Part shown: positions 9,744-19,461 of the stretch, piece after piece | How the letters are laid out: each line of letters starts with the position of its first letter | How positions within the stretch are numbered: position 1 is the stretch's first letter | NCBI GenBank assembly: GCA_026705925.1 | Contig: JAPOZT010000011.1 | Span: 212,857 to 276,856 of the forward strand | Direction of reading: 5' to 3' | Length of the DNA: 64,000 bases | Source of the DNA: Gemmatimonadota bacterium | GTDB taxonomy: Bacteria > JAAXHH01 | The notes under the pieces: generated by a model | Seen by the model: the letters and a program-made list of their open reading frames with translations, nothing else | The model's database searches: none | What the model was told of the DNA's origin: nothing | Position numbers and translations under genes: made by a program

Positions 9744-10505
9744 TTGGCTAAACTAAGTGTAAACGTAAACAAGGTGGCCCTGCTGCGGAACACGCGCCTG
9801 CACGGCATACCCAGTGTTACGGGCATGTCCCGGATCGCGATAGAAGCCGGCGCTTACGGCATCACGGTGCACCCTCGGCCCGACCAGCGGCATATCACCC
9901 CCGGCGACGTGGACGACCTGGCCGAAATGCTGAAGGACTACCCCGATATCGAATACAATATCGAGGGCAATCCCTTCCACCAGGTCATGGACATCGTCCG
10001 GAAGACTCGGCCCACGCAGGCCACGCTGGTCCCGGACGACCCGGACGCCTTCACCTCGGACCACGGATGGGACGTGAAGGCCCATGCCGAAAGACTCAAA
10101 CCGATCATCGCGGAACTGAAGGAACTCGGCTGCCGGGTCAGCCTGTTCATGGACGCTGACCTCGACCAGATCGACCGGGTGCCCGATATCGGGGCCGACC
10201 GGATCGAGCTGTACACCGAACCTTATGCGGTGGCCTTCGCAGCAGGTCCCGAAGAGATGCAACCCGTACTTTCGGCCTTCGCCAGTGCGGCGGAACGCGC
10301 CCATGAGCTTGGCCTGGGTGTCAATGCCGGCCACGATCTCAACCTGGACAACCTGGCGGTGTTCTGCGGCACCGTACCGAACGTACTCGAGGTCTCGATC
10401 GGCCACGCGCTGGTCGCCGACGCGCTGGAAATGGGGCTGAAGCTCGCCGTGGGCGCGTACCTGGGCGAACTCGAAAAAGCGGAAGTGATTTCAACAAGTG
10501 CTTGA
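9744..10505 (+). CDS. pdxJ: pyridoxine 5'-phosphate synthase
   Basis: The N-terminus LSVNVNKVALLRNTR matches the PdxJ signature LGVNIDHIATLRNAR-like motif, and the gene has the TIM-barrel length. The start is a TTG codon preceded by GGAGGA. Confidence 0.85.
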   Translation: MAKLSVNVNKVALLRNTRLHGIPSVTGMSRIAIEAGAYGITVHPRPDQRHITPGDVDDLAEMLKDYPDIEYNIEGNPFHQVMDIVRKTRPTQATLVPDDPDAFTSDHGWDVKAHAERLKPIIAELKELGCRVSLFMDADLDQIDRVPDIGADRIELYTEPYAVAFAAGPEEMQPVLSAFASAAERAHELGLGVNAGHDLNLDNLAVFCGTVPNVLEVSIGHALVADALEMGLKLAVGAYLGELEKAEVISTSA

Positions 10506-10572
10506 TCAAATGGGATAAATCCCGATCGTGTTGATTTGCGCGAAATAACAAACTTTCCTGGAGGTTGATTAC

Positions 10573-12093
10573 ATGAAGACTCGATTAACGCAACTTATCC
10601 CTTTGGCCGTCATGGTCCTTGCCTTGTCCGGCCCGTCCGGTTCGGCGATGTCTCAGGATCTGGCCGCCTTCGAGCAGAACGTCACGGAATTCACGCTCGA
10701 CAACGGACTCACCTTCATCGTGGTGGAGAACCATGACGCCCCGGTCCTAAGCGTCCTTACCTACGCGGATGTCGGCTCCGCGGACGAGGTCAAGGGCATC
10801 ACCGGCATAGCCCACCTCTTCGAGCACATGGCATTCAAGGGTACCACGACCATCGGCGCCATGGACCTGGAAGCCGAGTATGCGGCCATGGAGAAGGTGG
10901 ACGAGATTTTCGACGATCTCCGGAACGAACGGCACAAGGGCCACCTGGCCGACCCCGAGCGCCTGGCCAGCCTGGAGCAGGCCTTCGATGACGCCAAGAC
11001 TGCGGCCCGGGAACTCGGCCGGTCCAATGCCATGGACGAGGCCATCGATCGCGCCGGCGGAACGGGGTTGAATGCCTCGACCAGCCGGGACGCCACGCGG
11101 TACTACTACAGTCTTCCCTCGAACAAGCTTGAGCTATTCTTCGCGCTGGAGTCCAACCGCTTCCTCGAACCGGTGCTCCGGGAGTTCTTCATAGAACGGG
11201 ACGTGGTCAAGGAAGAACGCCGGATGAGCGAAAGCAGTCCGGTCGGACGCCTGGTGGAGGAGATGCTGAGCGCTGCGTACAAGGCCCATCCCTACGGTGA
11301 GCCGATCGTGGGCCACATGTCGGACATTGATTCCATGACCCGCGCGGAGGCGATGGATTTCTTCCGGCGGTACTATGGCGCCGGCAACCTGACGATCATC
11401 ATCTCGGGCGACGCGGACCCCGCGCACGTCAAGGAACTGGCCCACGAGTATTTCGACCGCCTTCCGGCCGGACCTCCGGTCGAACCGGTTGAGACGACCG
11501 AACCCCCGCAAATAGCGGAGCGCCGCGTAACCATGGAAGACCGGTCCCAGCCGGTGATCCTGATGGGTTACCATAAGGTCGACATCAACCACGAAGACGA
11601 CGTGGTGTTCAACGTACTGTCCGATATCCTGGGAAGCGGCCGCACCAGCCGATTGTATACAAAACTCGTCAAGGATCAGAAAATCGCGGTGAACGCCTCC
11701 TCCTTCACGGACTTCCCTGGCAGCAAGTACCCCAACATGATCGTGTTCTTCGCCTTTCCGAGTAAGGACTACACCGCGGCGGACACGGAGCAAGCCATCG
11801 AGGAGGAAATCGAACGGATCCGTAACGAGGAAGTCACCGAAGAGGAACTGTCCAGGGCGAAAGTGCGGGCCCGGGTCAACCTGATACGAGGACTCGAATC
11901 CAACATGGGACTCGCGACTCAGCTGGCTTATTTCCATGTACTTACCGGAGACTGGCGCAACCTCTTCCACAGTATTGACGCGATCAATGAGGTGACCGCC
12001 GAAGATATCAAGCGCGTAGCCAACGAGTACCTGGTTTCCAAGAACCGGACGGTGGCTTCGATCGTTACCATGGATGATGGCGGAACCGAATAA
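10573..12093 (+). CDS. M16 family zinc metallopeptidase (catalytic subunit, secreted)
   Basis: A signal peptide is present, along with the inverted zincin motif HLFEHMAFKGT (HxxEH) and a downstream Glu. The length is typical of the pitrilysin/insulinase family. Confidence 0.85.
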   Translation: MKTRLTQLIPLAVMVLALSGPSGSAMSQDLAAFEQNVTEFTLDNGLTFIVVENHDAPVLSVLTYADVGSADEVKGITGIAHLFEHMAFKGTTTIGAMDLEAEYAAMEKVDEIFDDLRNERHKGHLADPERLASLEQAFDDAKTAARELGRSNAMDEAIDRAGGTGLNASTSRDATRYYYSLPSNKLELFFALESNRFLEPVLREFFIERDVVKEERRMSESSPVGRLVEEMLSAAYKAHPYGEPIVGHMSDIDSMTRAEAMDFFRRYYGAGNLTIIISGDADPAHVKELAHEYFDRLPAGPPVEPVETTEPPQIAERRVTMEDRSQPVILMGYHKVDINHEDDVVFNVLSDILGSGRTSRLYTKLVKDQKIAVNASSFTDFPGSKYPNMIVFFAFPSKDYTAADTEQAIEEEIERIRNEEVTEEELSRAKVRARVNLIRGLESNMGLATQLAYFHVLTGDWRNLFHSIDAINEVTAEDIKRVANEYLVSKNRTVASIVTMDDGGTE

Positions 12094-12131
12094 TCACGGA
12101 CCGAATAATCACGGAACGAATAATCACGGAC
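12087..12131. repeat. 15-bp tandem repeat GAATAATCACGGA(A/C)C x3, spanning the stop codon of the first M16 gene
   Basis: Read directly from the sequence. In the ORF track it produces the NNHGP-NNHGT-NNHGP peptide repeats of the spurious N-terminal extension of the next ORF. Confidence 0.8.
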
Positions 12132-12172
12132 CGACGCGAACATCCGCTGCACTGAACACAGGAGTCGAACCC

Positions 12173-14311
12173 ATGCGCAGTACCCGTCTTAAAACCGCTA
12201 CACTTGGCCTGATGCTGGCAGGGCTGGTCTTTTCGGCCTTGCCGGTCGCGGCACAGAAGGACTACAGAGCGCTGGAGTTCCCGCCGCTCAACGATATCGT
12301 CACCCCGACGCCCACCAGGGTAGTCCTGGATAACGGGATCATCCTGTACCTGGTGGAAGACCGCCGGCTGCCGATGATCAACCTGAGCGCTCGCTTCGGC
12401 GTGGGCGCCGTCAACGAACCGGCGGACAAGATCGGCCTGGCCGGGATCACCGGCGCGGTCATGCGCACGGGTGGATCCACGAGCATGTCGGGCGACGAGA
12501 TCGACGAGACCCTTGAGGGACTCGGGGCGGCCGTGGAAACGAGTATCGGCCTGGTTTCCGGCTCCGCCTTCATGTCGGTCCTGAAGGACAACGTGGATAC
12601 CGTGCTGCCCATACTCGCGGACGTGCTCATGCATCCCGCCTTTCCCGAGGACAAGATCGAACTGGAGAAAGTCACGGCGCGGTCCACGATTTCGCGCAGA
12701 AACGACGACCCGACCGACATGGCCTTTCGGGAATACCGCAAGCTGATCTACGGGGCGGAGAGCGTGTACGCGCGGCACACGGAATATGCCACGATCGACG
12801 CCATTACCCGGGACGACCTCGTGGCCTTTCACCGGGACTGGATGCATCCGGACAACACCATGTTCGGCGTGTGGGGGGATTTCGACACGGACGAGATGGT
12901 AAAGAAGATCTCCGATGTATTCGGGGGATGGGAGAAGGCCGGGTTCGTGCGGCCCGATCTGCCCGATGTCGACTATACCTACGACAGTTCGGTGAACCTG
13001 GTCCGGAAGGACGATATCAACCAGAGCACGGTCGTCCTCGGCCACATCGGCGGCGTCAGGGACAATCCCGACTACTTCGCCCTGCGGGTCATGAACGATA
13101 TCCTCAGCGGCGGGTTTTCCGGCCGGCTCTTTCGCATTGTCCGGTCGGAGCAGGGCCTGGCCTACGCCGTCTTCGGCATCTACAGCGCCAACTACAATTT
13201 CCCCGGGATTTTCTACGTGGCCTGCATGACCAGTTCGGAAACCACGGCGCAGGCGATCCGGTCTCTCCGGCACGAAGTGGGACGGATGACGACCGATGAA
13301 ATCACGGAAGAGGAACTGAACCTGGCCAAGGAAAGTTTCCTGAATTCCTTCGTCTTCAATTTCGACAGTCGCCGTGAGATCATCGACCGGCAGATGACCT
13401 ACGAGTACTACGGTTATCCCCAGGATTTTCTCGAGAAGACCAAGACCGGGATCGAAAAGGTAACCGTGGAAGACGTCAAGCGCGTAGCTCGCGAATACCT
13501 GCAGCCGGACAAGATGCGCCTCATCGTGGTCGGGAACGACCAGGATTTCGACGAGGCGATGTCGGCGTTCGGCGAGGTCAACGAGATCGACGTGACCATC
13601 GCACTTCCCGCCGTGGAAGCTCCGGAAGCCACCGAGGACGACGTGGCCATGGGCAGGGACCTGCTGGTGCGCTCGGCCGAGGCCCTGGGCGGGCTCGATG
13701 CGATCGCCGCGGTAAAGACCTTCCGCGAGACCGCGGAGGTTACCGTGGTCAGGCCGATGGGCGAAATGAACATCACCATAGAATCCCTGGTTGCCCTGCC
13801 GGACCAGTGGAAGACGGTTATGCAGACGCCCATGGGAAATATCGATTTCATACTCAGCGGGGATCAGGGCTGGATAGTCGACCCCATGGGGAATACGCAG
13901 CCCCTTCCGACGCAGCAGCGGGATTCGATTATCGAGGATCAGTGGCGGAACCCGCTTATTCTGTACCAGCGGCTGGACGCCGAAGGGCTTGTGGTCCAGC
14001 ATATCGGGCAGGAGGAGGTCGAAGGCACAGCCGTGGAAGCCCTGCTCATCACGCCTCCGGGTCTGAATCCCTACCGGCTCTACCTGGACGCGGAGACCAT
14101 GTTCCCGGTGAAGTGGTCCGGCCAGACCGTATCGCAGCAGGGACCCGTGGAAGCGGAAAGGATGATGAGCGATTACCGCGAGGTAAGTGGGATCATGGTG
14201 CCTTTCATGAGAACGAGTACGGAAAACGGAAACCCGGGCGACAAGACCGTTACGCAGATGGTCGAGATCAACGTGGAGTTACCGGCCGACGCGTTCGCGG
14301 CGCCTGAATAA
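12173..14311 (+). CDS. M16 family peptidase-like protein (non-catalytic partner, no HxxEH) with a C-terminal extra domain of about 250 aa
   Basis: The start at MRSTRLKTATLGLMLAGLVFSALPVAAQ (signal peptide, RBS AGGAG upstream) is preferred over the upstream ATG. The protein has the M16 inactive-domain fold pattern. The C-terminal 250 aa are not part of canonical M16 proteins and resemble a LolA-like fold. Confidence 0.7.
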   Translation: MRSTRLKTATLGLMLAGLVFSALPVAAQKDYRALEFPPLNDIVTPTPTRVVLDNGIILYLVEDRRLPMINLSARFGVGAVNEPADKIGLAGITGAVMRTGGSTSMSGDEIDETLEGLGAAVETSIGLVSGSAFMSVLKDNVDTVLPILADVLMHPAFPEDKIELEKVTARSTISRRNDDPTDMAFREYRKLIYGAESVYARHTEYATIDAITRDDLVAFHRDWMHPDNTMFGVWGDFDTDEMVKKISDVFGGWEKAGFVRPDLPDVDYTYDSSVNLVRKDDINQSTVVLGHIGGVRDNPDYFALRVMNDILSGGFSGRLFRIVRSEQGLAYAVFGIYSANYNFPGIFYVACMTSSETTAQAIRSLRHEVGRMTTDEITEEELNLAKESFLNSFVFNFDSRREIIDRQMTYEYYGYPQDFLEKTKTGIEKVTVEDVKRVAREYLQPDKMRLIVVGNDQDFDEAMSAFGEVNEIDVTIALPAVEAPEATEDDVAMGRDLLVRSAEALGGLDAIAAVKTFRETAEVTVVRPMGEMNITIESLVALPDQWKTVMQTPMGNIDFILSGDQGWIVDPMGNTQPLPTQQRDSIIEDQWRNPLILYQRLDAEGLVVQHIGQEEVEGTAVEALLITPPGLNPYRLYLDAETMFPVKWSGQTVSQQGPVEAERMMSDYREVSGIMVPFMRTSTENGNPGDKTVTQMVEINVELPADAFAAPE

Positions 14312-14377
14312 GCGGAATTGCCGGCGGACGCCTTTGCGGCGCCTGAGTAGACGAGACGATTCGAAAAGGAAGCGGAC

Positions 14378-15310
14378 ATGTCCGCAGACATCAAGCACCT
14401 GATCGACTGGAAGTACTGGGACGACGGCGAGATCGTGGAGATCCTCGACCTGGCCCGGCGCGTCAAGCACTACCGCTGGGAATACCAGGGCCGCATGCAG
14501 GGCAACACGCTGGTCATGATCTTCCAGAAGACGTCCACGCGCACCCGGGTGTCCTTCGAGGCGGGCATGACCGAAATGGGCGGGCACGCCATCAACCTGG
14601 ACTGGATGGCGACGAACTTCACCCTGAGCAAGGTCCGCTTCGAGACCCGGTACCTGGGCCGCAACGCCGCGATCATCATGGCGCGGCTAAAGGACAACCG
14701 GGACCTGCTGGAGATGGAAAGGGCCTCCACGGTACCGGTCATCAACGGGTGCTGCAACCTGTACCACCCCTGCCAGGCCCTGGCGGACGTGCTGACCATC
14801 GCGGAAGACCGTCCGGAGGGCGTGGAAGGCGCGCGGCTGACCTACATCGGCGTGTACAACAACGTGGTCAATTCGCTGGTTTCCATCGCCGCGCCGCTGG
14901 GCGTGCACCTGACGCTGGTCTGTCCGATCCGGGAGCCGGCAAGTGTGGACGAGGAGAGCCGGAAGAAGTTGCTGGACAGGGGGCTGCTCACGGAGACGCT
15001 GGATGCCGGGGAGGCGGTTGCGGAGGCCGACTACGTCTACACGGACACCTGGCTCGACATGGAACTCTTCAACGATCCCGACTACGCGGCCGAGAAGGAA
15101 AAGCGTAGCGGGATCATGATGCCCTACCAGATCACCGCGTCCCTGCTCGCCGGCAGCCGTGCGAAGATCATGCACGACATGCCCATCCATCCCGGCTACG
15201 AAATCGCCGAGGACATGATCGAGCACGAGCAGTCGATCATCTACGACCAGGCCGAGAACCGCCTGGACGCCCAGAAGGCTATCATGATGCGGCTGCTGAA
15301 CCGGTTGTAG
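14378..15310 (+). CDS. aspartate/ornithine carbamoyltransferase family protein (divergent)
   Basis: The carbamoyl-phosphate binding motifs STRTR and HPCQ are present. The ornithine carbamoyltransferase (OTC) HCLP motif is replaced by HDMP, and the OTC DxWxSMG motif by DTWLDME, so the second substrate is uncertain. Confidence 0.6.
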   Translation: MSADIKHLIDWKYWDDGEIVEILDLARRVKHYRWEYQGRMQGNTLVMIFQKTSTRTRVSFEAGMTEMGGHAINLDWMATNFTLSKVRFETRYLGRNAAIIMARLKDNRDLLEMERASTVPVINGCCNLYHPCQALADVLTIAEDRPEGVEGARLTYIGVYNNVVNSLVSIAAPLGVHLTLVCPIREPASVDEESRKKLLDRGLLTETLDAGEAVAEADYVYTDTWLDMELFNDPDYAAEKEKRSGIMMPYQITASLLAGSRAKIMHDMPIHPGYEIAEDMIEHEQSIIYDQAENRLDAQKAIMMRLLNRL

Positions 15311-15313
15311 CCC

Positions 15314-17317
15314 TTACGGCAGGCCCAGCACCACCAGTTCCGCCCTTTCCGACGCCCCGCCTATCGGTACGGCAATGTACTGCTTGGCACCCACCATGTA
15401 GGTCATGGGATTGCCCGTCGCATTGCCGGGAAGGGGGACTTCCGCGATCAGATCGCCGTTATCCGGATCGAAGGCCCGCAGGAACGCCTCGTTGCTCTCG
15501 GAATCGTAGGTCATGGCGTTGCCGCGGTCCGACACCTGCCGGTCCAGCACGATCCCCATCTGGGCGGCGAACAGCAAAGACGGTGTCAGCAGCGGAAAGG
15601 TGCGGCGGTCCCACCCCAGGGCCGGCAGGTTCAGGCCTTCCAGGGCCGGGTGGTTTCGGGGTCCGCTGCCCACCGGACTCATCCACACATGCTCGCCCGT
15701 GTTCAGATCGATGGCGGTGATGCGGCCATAGGGCGGCTTGATCACCGGCAGGCCGTCCATGACGGTGGGTCCGTAGGCGAACCGGCCGGTGTACGAATAC
15801 GGCGCGTCCTCCTCCTCCGACGCGTTTACCGTCATGATGGCCGGCAGGCTGTAGGACGGCACGTACAGCAAGCCCGTCTCCGGGTTCACCGCCGCCCCCG
15901 ACCAGCTCGCGCCGCCCACCAGTCCGGGCACCGCGATCACGCCTCTTGTGGTCGGCGGCGTGAAAAGCGGACCATGGTCGTATTCCGCGATCGCGTTCAG
16001 GGCCGCCTGGCGCAGTTCGGGCGTGAAGTCGATGAGGTCGTCTTCCGTCAGTCCCTGGCGCTCGAATGCCGCCGGTTTCGAGGGGAAGGGCTGCGTGAGC
16101 GAGGCGGTTTCTCCGGGTACGGCGGACGGCGGCGTCTCCCGTTCCTCGATCGGCCAGACCGGCTCTCCGGTTACCCGGTCGAAGACGAAGGTGAACCCCT
16201 GCTTGGTGACCTGGACCGCCGCCTTGATCTCGCGTCCGTCCACCGTGATGTCCACCAGGTTCGGCGCGGCGGGCAGATCGTAGTCCCATATGCCGTGATG
16301 CACGGTCTGGAAGTGCCAGACCCGTTCGCCGGTCTCGGCGTTGACGCAGACCAGGCTCTCGGCGAACAGGTTGTCACCGTGCCGGTGGCCGCCGTAGAAG
16401 TCGTTGGTGGGCGTGCTGACCGGTAGATAGACGTAGCCAAGTTCCTCGTCCGCGCTCATCCACGTCCACACGTTCGTGCTGCCCGCGGTCTTCCAGGACT
16501 CGTCCAGCCAGGTATCATTGCCGTACTCACCCTCCTGCGGAATGGTCTGGAACACCCACTTCTGCTCGCCCGTCCGCACGTCGAACCCGCGCACGTCGCC
16601 CGGCGGCATGGTCGCGTCGGGCATCCGGTCGACGGCGAATGAATCCAGCACCGTCGCCCCCACCACAACCACCCCACGGACGATCGCAGGTGGACTGGAA
16701 ACGGCGTAGAGGCTCCGGTCGACGGGACGGCGCAGGCCCTTCGTCAGGTCCACGCGGCCGTTGTCACCGAAGGCCGGGATCGGTTCCCCCGTTCCCGCGT
16801 CCAGCGCAATGAGCCAGGCATCGCCCGTGGCATAGAGGATGCGCCGGTCTTCTCCATCCTCCCAGTACGCCACGCCGCGATGGACGAAGCCCACGTTCGC
16901 GGGCGTACCATCCTTCCACGTACCGGGATCGTATGACCAGATCGTCTCCCCCGTAGCCGCGTCGATGGCCGCCACCTGGCTCAGAGCCGTACTCGTGTAC
17001 AGCACGCCGCCGACCTTGAGCGGCGTCGCCTCGTTTACGAACACCCGAAGGGTCGAATCCGCCTCCAGGATGGCGTTGTCGATGGAATCCCAGCGCCACG
17101 CGACCTCGAGATCCATCACATTATGCCGGTCGATCACGGCCAGGGGCGCGTACTTGGTGCTCGCGTGGTCTCCGGCGTACGCGCGCCATTCCACCTGGGA
17201 GGCGTCACCAGTCTGATCGGCGTCGCCGGTCTGGGAGGCGTCACCGGTACAGGAAGACACTACGGCGAGGCACAGGACCGAGAGCGTCAACGCGGTCAAT
17301 GAACGCAAGCTTTGCAT
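15314..17317 (-). CDS. PQQ-dependent dehydrogenase (quinoprotein glucose/alcohol dehydrogenase family), lipoprotein
   Basis: A lipoprotein signal (LAVVSSC) is present. The 667-aa beta-propeller carries W-motif repeats typical of 8-bladed PQQ enzymes. A short GDASQTGDADQTGDASQ linker repeat follows the signal peptide. Confidence 0.75.
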   Translation of the reverse strand: MQSLRSLTALTLSVLCLAVVSSCTGDASQTGDADQTGDASQVEWRAYAGDHASTKYAPLAVIDRHNVMDLEVAWRWDSIDNAILEADSTLRVFVNEATPLKVGGVLYTSTALSQVAAIDAATGETIWSYDPGTWKDGTPANVGFVHRGVAYWEDGEDRRILYATGDAWLIALDAGTGEPIPAFGDNGRVDLTKGLRRPVDRSLYAVSSPPAIVRGVVVVGATVLDSFAVDRMPDATMPPGDVRGFDVRTGEQKWVFQTIPQEGEYGNDTWLDESWKTAGSTNVWTWMSADEELGYVYLPVSTPTNDFYGGHRHGDNLFAESLVCVNAETGERVWHFQTVHHGIWDYDLPAAPNLVDITVDGREIKAAVQVTKQGFTFVFDRVTGEPVWPIEERETPPSAVPGETASLTQPFPSKPAAFERQGLTEDDLIDFTPELRQAALNAIAEYDHGPLFTPPTTRGVIAVPGLVGGASWSGAAVNPETGLLYVPSYSLPAIMTVNASEEEDAPYSYTGRFAYGPTVMDGLPVIKPPYGRITAIDLNTGEHVWMSPVGSGPRNHPALEGLNLPALGWDRRTFPLLTPSLLFAAQMGIVLDRQVSDRGNAMTYDSESNEAFLRAFDPDNGDLIAEVPLPGNATGNPMTYMVGAKQYIAVPIGGASERAELVVLGLP

Positions 17318-17416
17318 GTTGAAATCTCCTGGAAAACAGGATTAAGTCGAATACCTGCGATGTCTATTATGTTTCAAGTGTTTCATCACCGTCACGTATA
17401 CCTTGCGTGGTTCAGT

Positions 17417-17432
17417 ATTGTACAATTGTACA
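17417..17432. promoter_or_regulatory. perfect 16-bp palindrome TTGTACAATTGTACAA in the AT-rich region upstream of the PQQ dehydrogenase gene (candidate operator)
   Basis: Read directly from the sequence. It lies in the 156-bp low-GC intergenic region 5' of the minus-strand gene 15314..17317. Confidence 0.5.
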
Positions 17433-17473
17433 ACTCATATGACCTCTATGTGTAACATCGCGCCCACGTTCCA

Positions 17474-18613
17474 TCAGATGTAGGACGTCGACCCGTCAGG
17501 ACGAATGGTACATGTCCGCTGCCAGTGCACGATCTTATTGTCTTTCAGCGCCTCCTCGTCGATTTCGATACCCAGCCCGGGACGATCGCGCAATAACAGG
17601 TAGCCATCCTCGGGAAGATATGGATCGGCGATACACTGTTCCCATTCCGTACCCACAGGAAGGCCGTATTCGAGTATCTTGAAATTGGGTGTGGCCGCCG
17701 CGAAGTGCACGTTGACGGCCGTGGCCAGGGGCCCCATGGGATTGTGTGGGGCGATGGATACGTAGTGCGCTTCGGCGATAGCAGCGATCTTGCGCATCTC
17801 CAGCAATCCTCCGCATACGCAGATGTCCGGCTGTATGATATCGGCGCCGTGGGCTGCCATGAGGTCCAGGAACTCGAACCGTGTGTAGAGCGATTCACCG
17901 GTAGCAAGCGGTACCTGCATCTGCGACCGCAACCGTGCCCACGCGGGAATGTGTTCGGGACGCAGGGGCTCTTCGTAGAAATAGGGATCGTATGGCGCCA
18001 GGGCGTTGGCGAGTTGCAGCGCCCTGACCGGCTCGAAAATCCGGGCGTGGGGATCGAAGGCGAATTCCCATTCGTCAGGCGTGCGGTCCCTTACATCCTC
18101 AAAAAACCGCGCGGCAGCGCTGCAGACCCGGCCCCACCGTACGGCCTCGATATCTACCTGGTAGGGACTCGTCTTAAAGGCCGTAAATCCCCATCGGTCA
18201 TGCAGTTCGTGCGCCTGGTCAGATGCTTCGCCTGCGTTTCCGCCGACGCTGTGATACACCCGAACGCGGTCCCTGACGGTGCCGCCAAGAAGCATGTAGA
18301 CCGGAAGCCCGGCGGCTTTTCCACTGATATCCCAAAGAGCGTGATCGACGGCGGACATGACCGCCAGACCCGTACCGCCCGGTGGAAAGCGAAACTGCTG
18401 GAACAGCTTCAGCATGATGTATTCGACGCGCCTGGGATCTTCCCCCTTGATCATTTCGAAGATATAGTCGGCAATGGGTTCCACGGACTTGTCGGGACCG
18501 ATCGAGTAGGCTTCCCCCCAGCCGTACAGCCCCTCGTCCGTCTCCACTTTGACCAGTCCGCGCGAACGGTTTTTGAAGTATCCGGCAAATGTTTTGATGG
18601 CGGTGATTTTCAT
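17474..18613 (-). CDS. enolase-superfamily enzyme (mandelate racemase/muconate lactonizing enzyme family; sugar-acid dehydratase-like)
   Basis: The N-terminus MKITAIKT...LVKVETDEGLYGWGEA is typical of D-galactonate/mannonate dehydratase-like MR/MLE members. The start is taken at the internal Met at 18613, since the upstream 17 codons are Arg/Ser-rich. Confidence 0.75.
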   Translation of the reverse strand: MKITAIKTFAGYFKNRSRGLVKVETDEGLYGWGEAYSIGPDKSVEPIADYIFEMIKGEDPRRVEYIMLKLFQQFRFPPGGTGLAVMSAVDHALWDISGKAAGLPVYMLLGGTVRDRVRVYHSVGGNAGEASDQAHELHDRWGFTAFKTSPYQVDIEAVRWGRVCSAAARFFEDVRDRTPDEWEFAFDPHARIFEPVRALQLANALAPYDPYFYEEPLRPEHIPAWARLRSQMQVPLATGESLYTRFEFLDLMAAHGADIIQPDICVCGGLLEMRKIAAIAEAHYVSIAPHNPMGPLATAVNVHFAAATPNFKILEYGLPVGTEWEQCIADPYLPEDGYLLLRDRPGLGIEIDEEALKDNKIVHWQRTCTIRPDGSTSYI

Positions 18614-18842
18614 GAACGAGACTCCGGACGAACGGGGTGCTGAACTCCGCAACCGTGGCAGCATCCAGAAAGATTCAAGTGACGGAATGGGGCGGGCGGG
18701 TCTTGAGCAAGATAGACGGGGGAATTCGGACTGTCAAGGAAGGGCAGGTGCGCCGGAAGCGAGCGGTCGCCGGTGAGTCAGTTTACCAGCAGACGCTGTT
18801 TTTCGGTGTGGTTGACTTGCCCTGCCCAATGCATATCTTGAT

Positions 18843-19379
18843 TTGATGGGTTATGCGATTGAACTGTTTTATGACGATGCGAGCGAACAGGCCGTTCGCC
18901 ATATCTGGGACGGTCTGGGCACGGCCCTGGGACAACCTTCACTGTCGGAACTCGGTTCCCGGCCGCACGTTTCCCTCGCGGTCTACGGCGACGATCTCCA
19001 CACGAACGATTTCCCGGAGCGGCTGCTCGAATTCGCGCGATCCATCGATCCATTCGATTTCACATTGAGCAGCCTGGGGACTTTCGCCGGCCAGGAAGGG
19101 GTGGTATTCCTGGCGCCCGTGGTAACTCGCCGGTTGCTGGAAGTCCACGCGCAATTTCACGAGGTGTTTTCGAAACACAAAGACGCGGGCATGGGCTACT
19201 ACCTGCCCGGCCACTGGGTGCCCCACTGTACGATCGCCATCGACCTGTCGGCGGCCGAGGTGACCGAGGCCCTAGCGTACTGTCGTGAGGTCTTCCAACC
19301 GATCTCCGGACGGTTCCAGGAGATCGGTCTGGTCGAATTCCGTCCCGTGAAGGAACGGTTTACCTGTGCACTCGGTTAG
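18843..19379 (+). CDS. 2H phosphoesterase superfamily protein (LigT-like 2'-5' RNA ligase/cyclic phosphodiesterase)
   Basis: Two H-x-(T/S)-x motifs are present (HVSLA and HCTIA), spaced as in the LigT/2H family. The protein is 178 aa. Confidence 0.7.
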   Translation: MMGYAIELFYDDASEQAVRHIWDGLGTALGQPSLSELGSRPHVSLAVYGDDLHTNDFPERLLEFARSIDPFDFTLSSLGTFAGQEGVVFLAPVVTRRLLEVHAQFHEVFSKHKDAGMGYYLPGHWVPHCTIAIDLSAAEVTEALAYCREVFQPISGRFQEIGLVEFRPVKERFTCALG

Positions 19380-19461
19380 TATTAGTATGGACCGCAAGAA
19401 TGGTTGTCGAAAACATGGTTGCCGAAAACCCCGTTAGCACATCGAATCTGTAAGGATCCCC

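Noticed and set aside
12065-14002. A 645-aa minus-strand ORF overlapping the M16 partner gene
   Set aside because: It is an antisense shadow ORF. The plus-strand frame shows the M16 fold pattern and a signal peptide.
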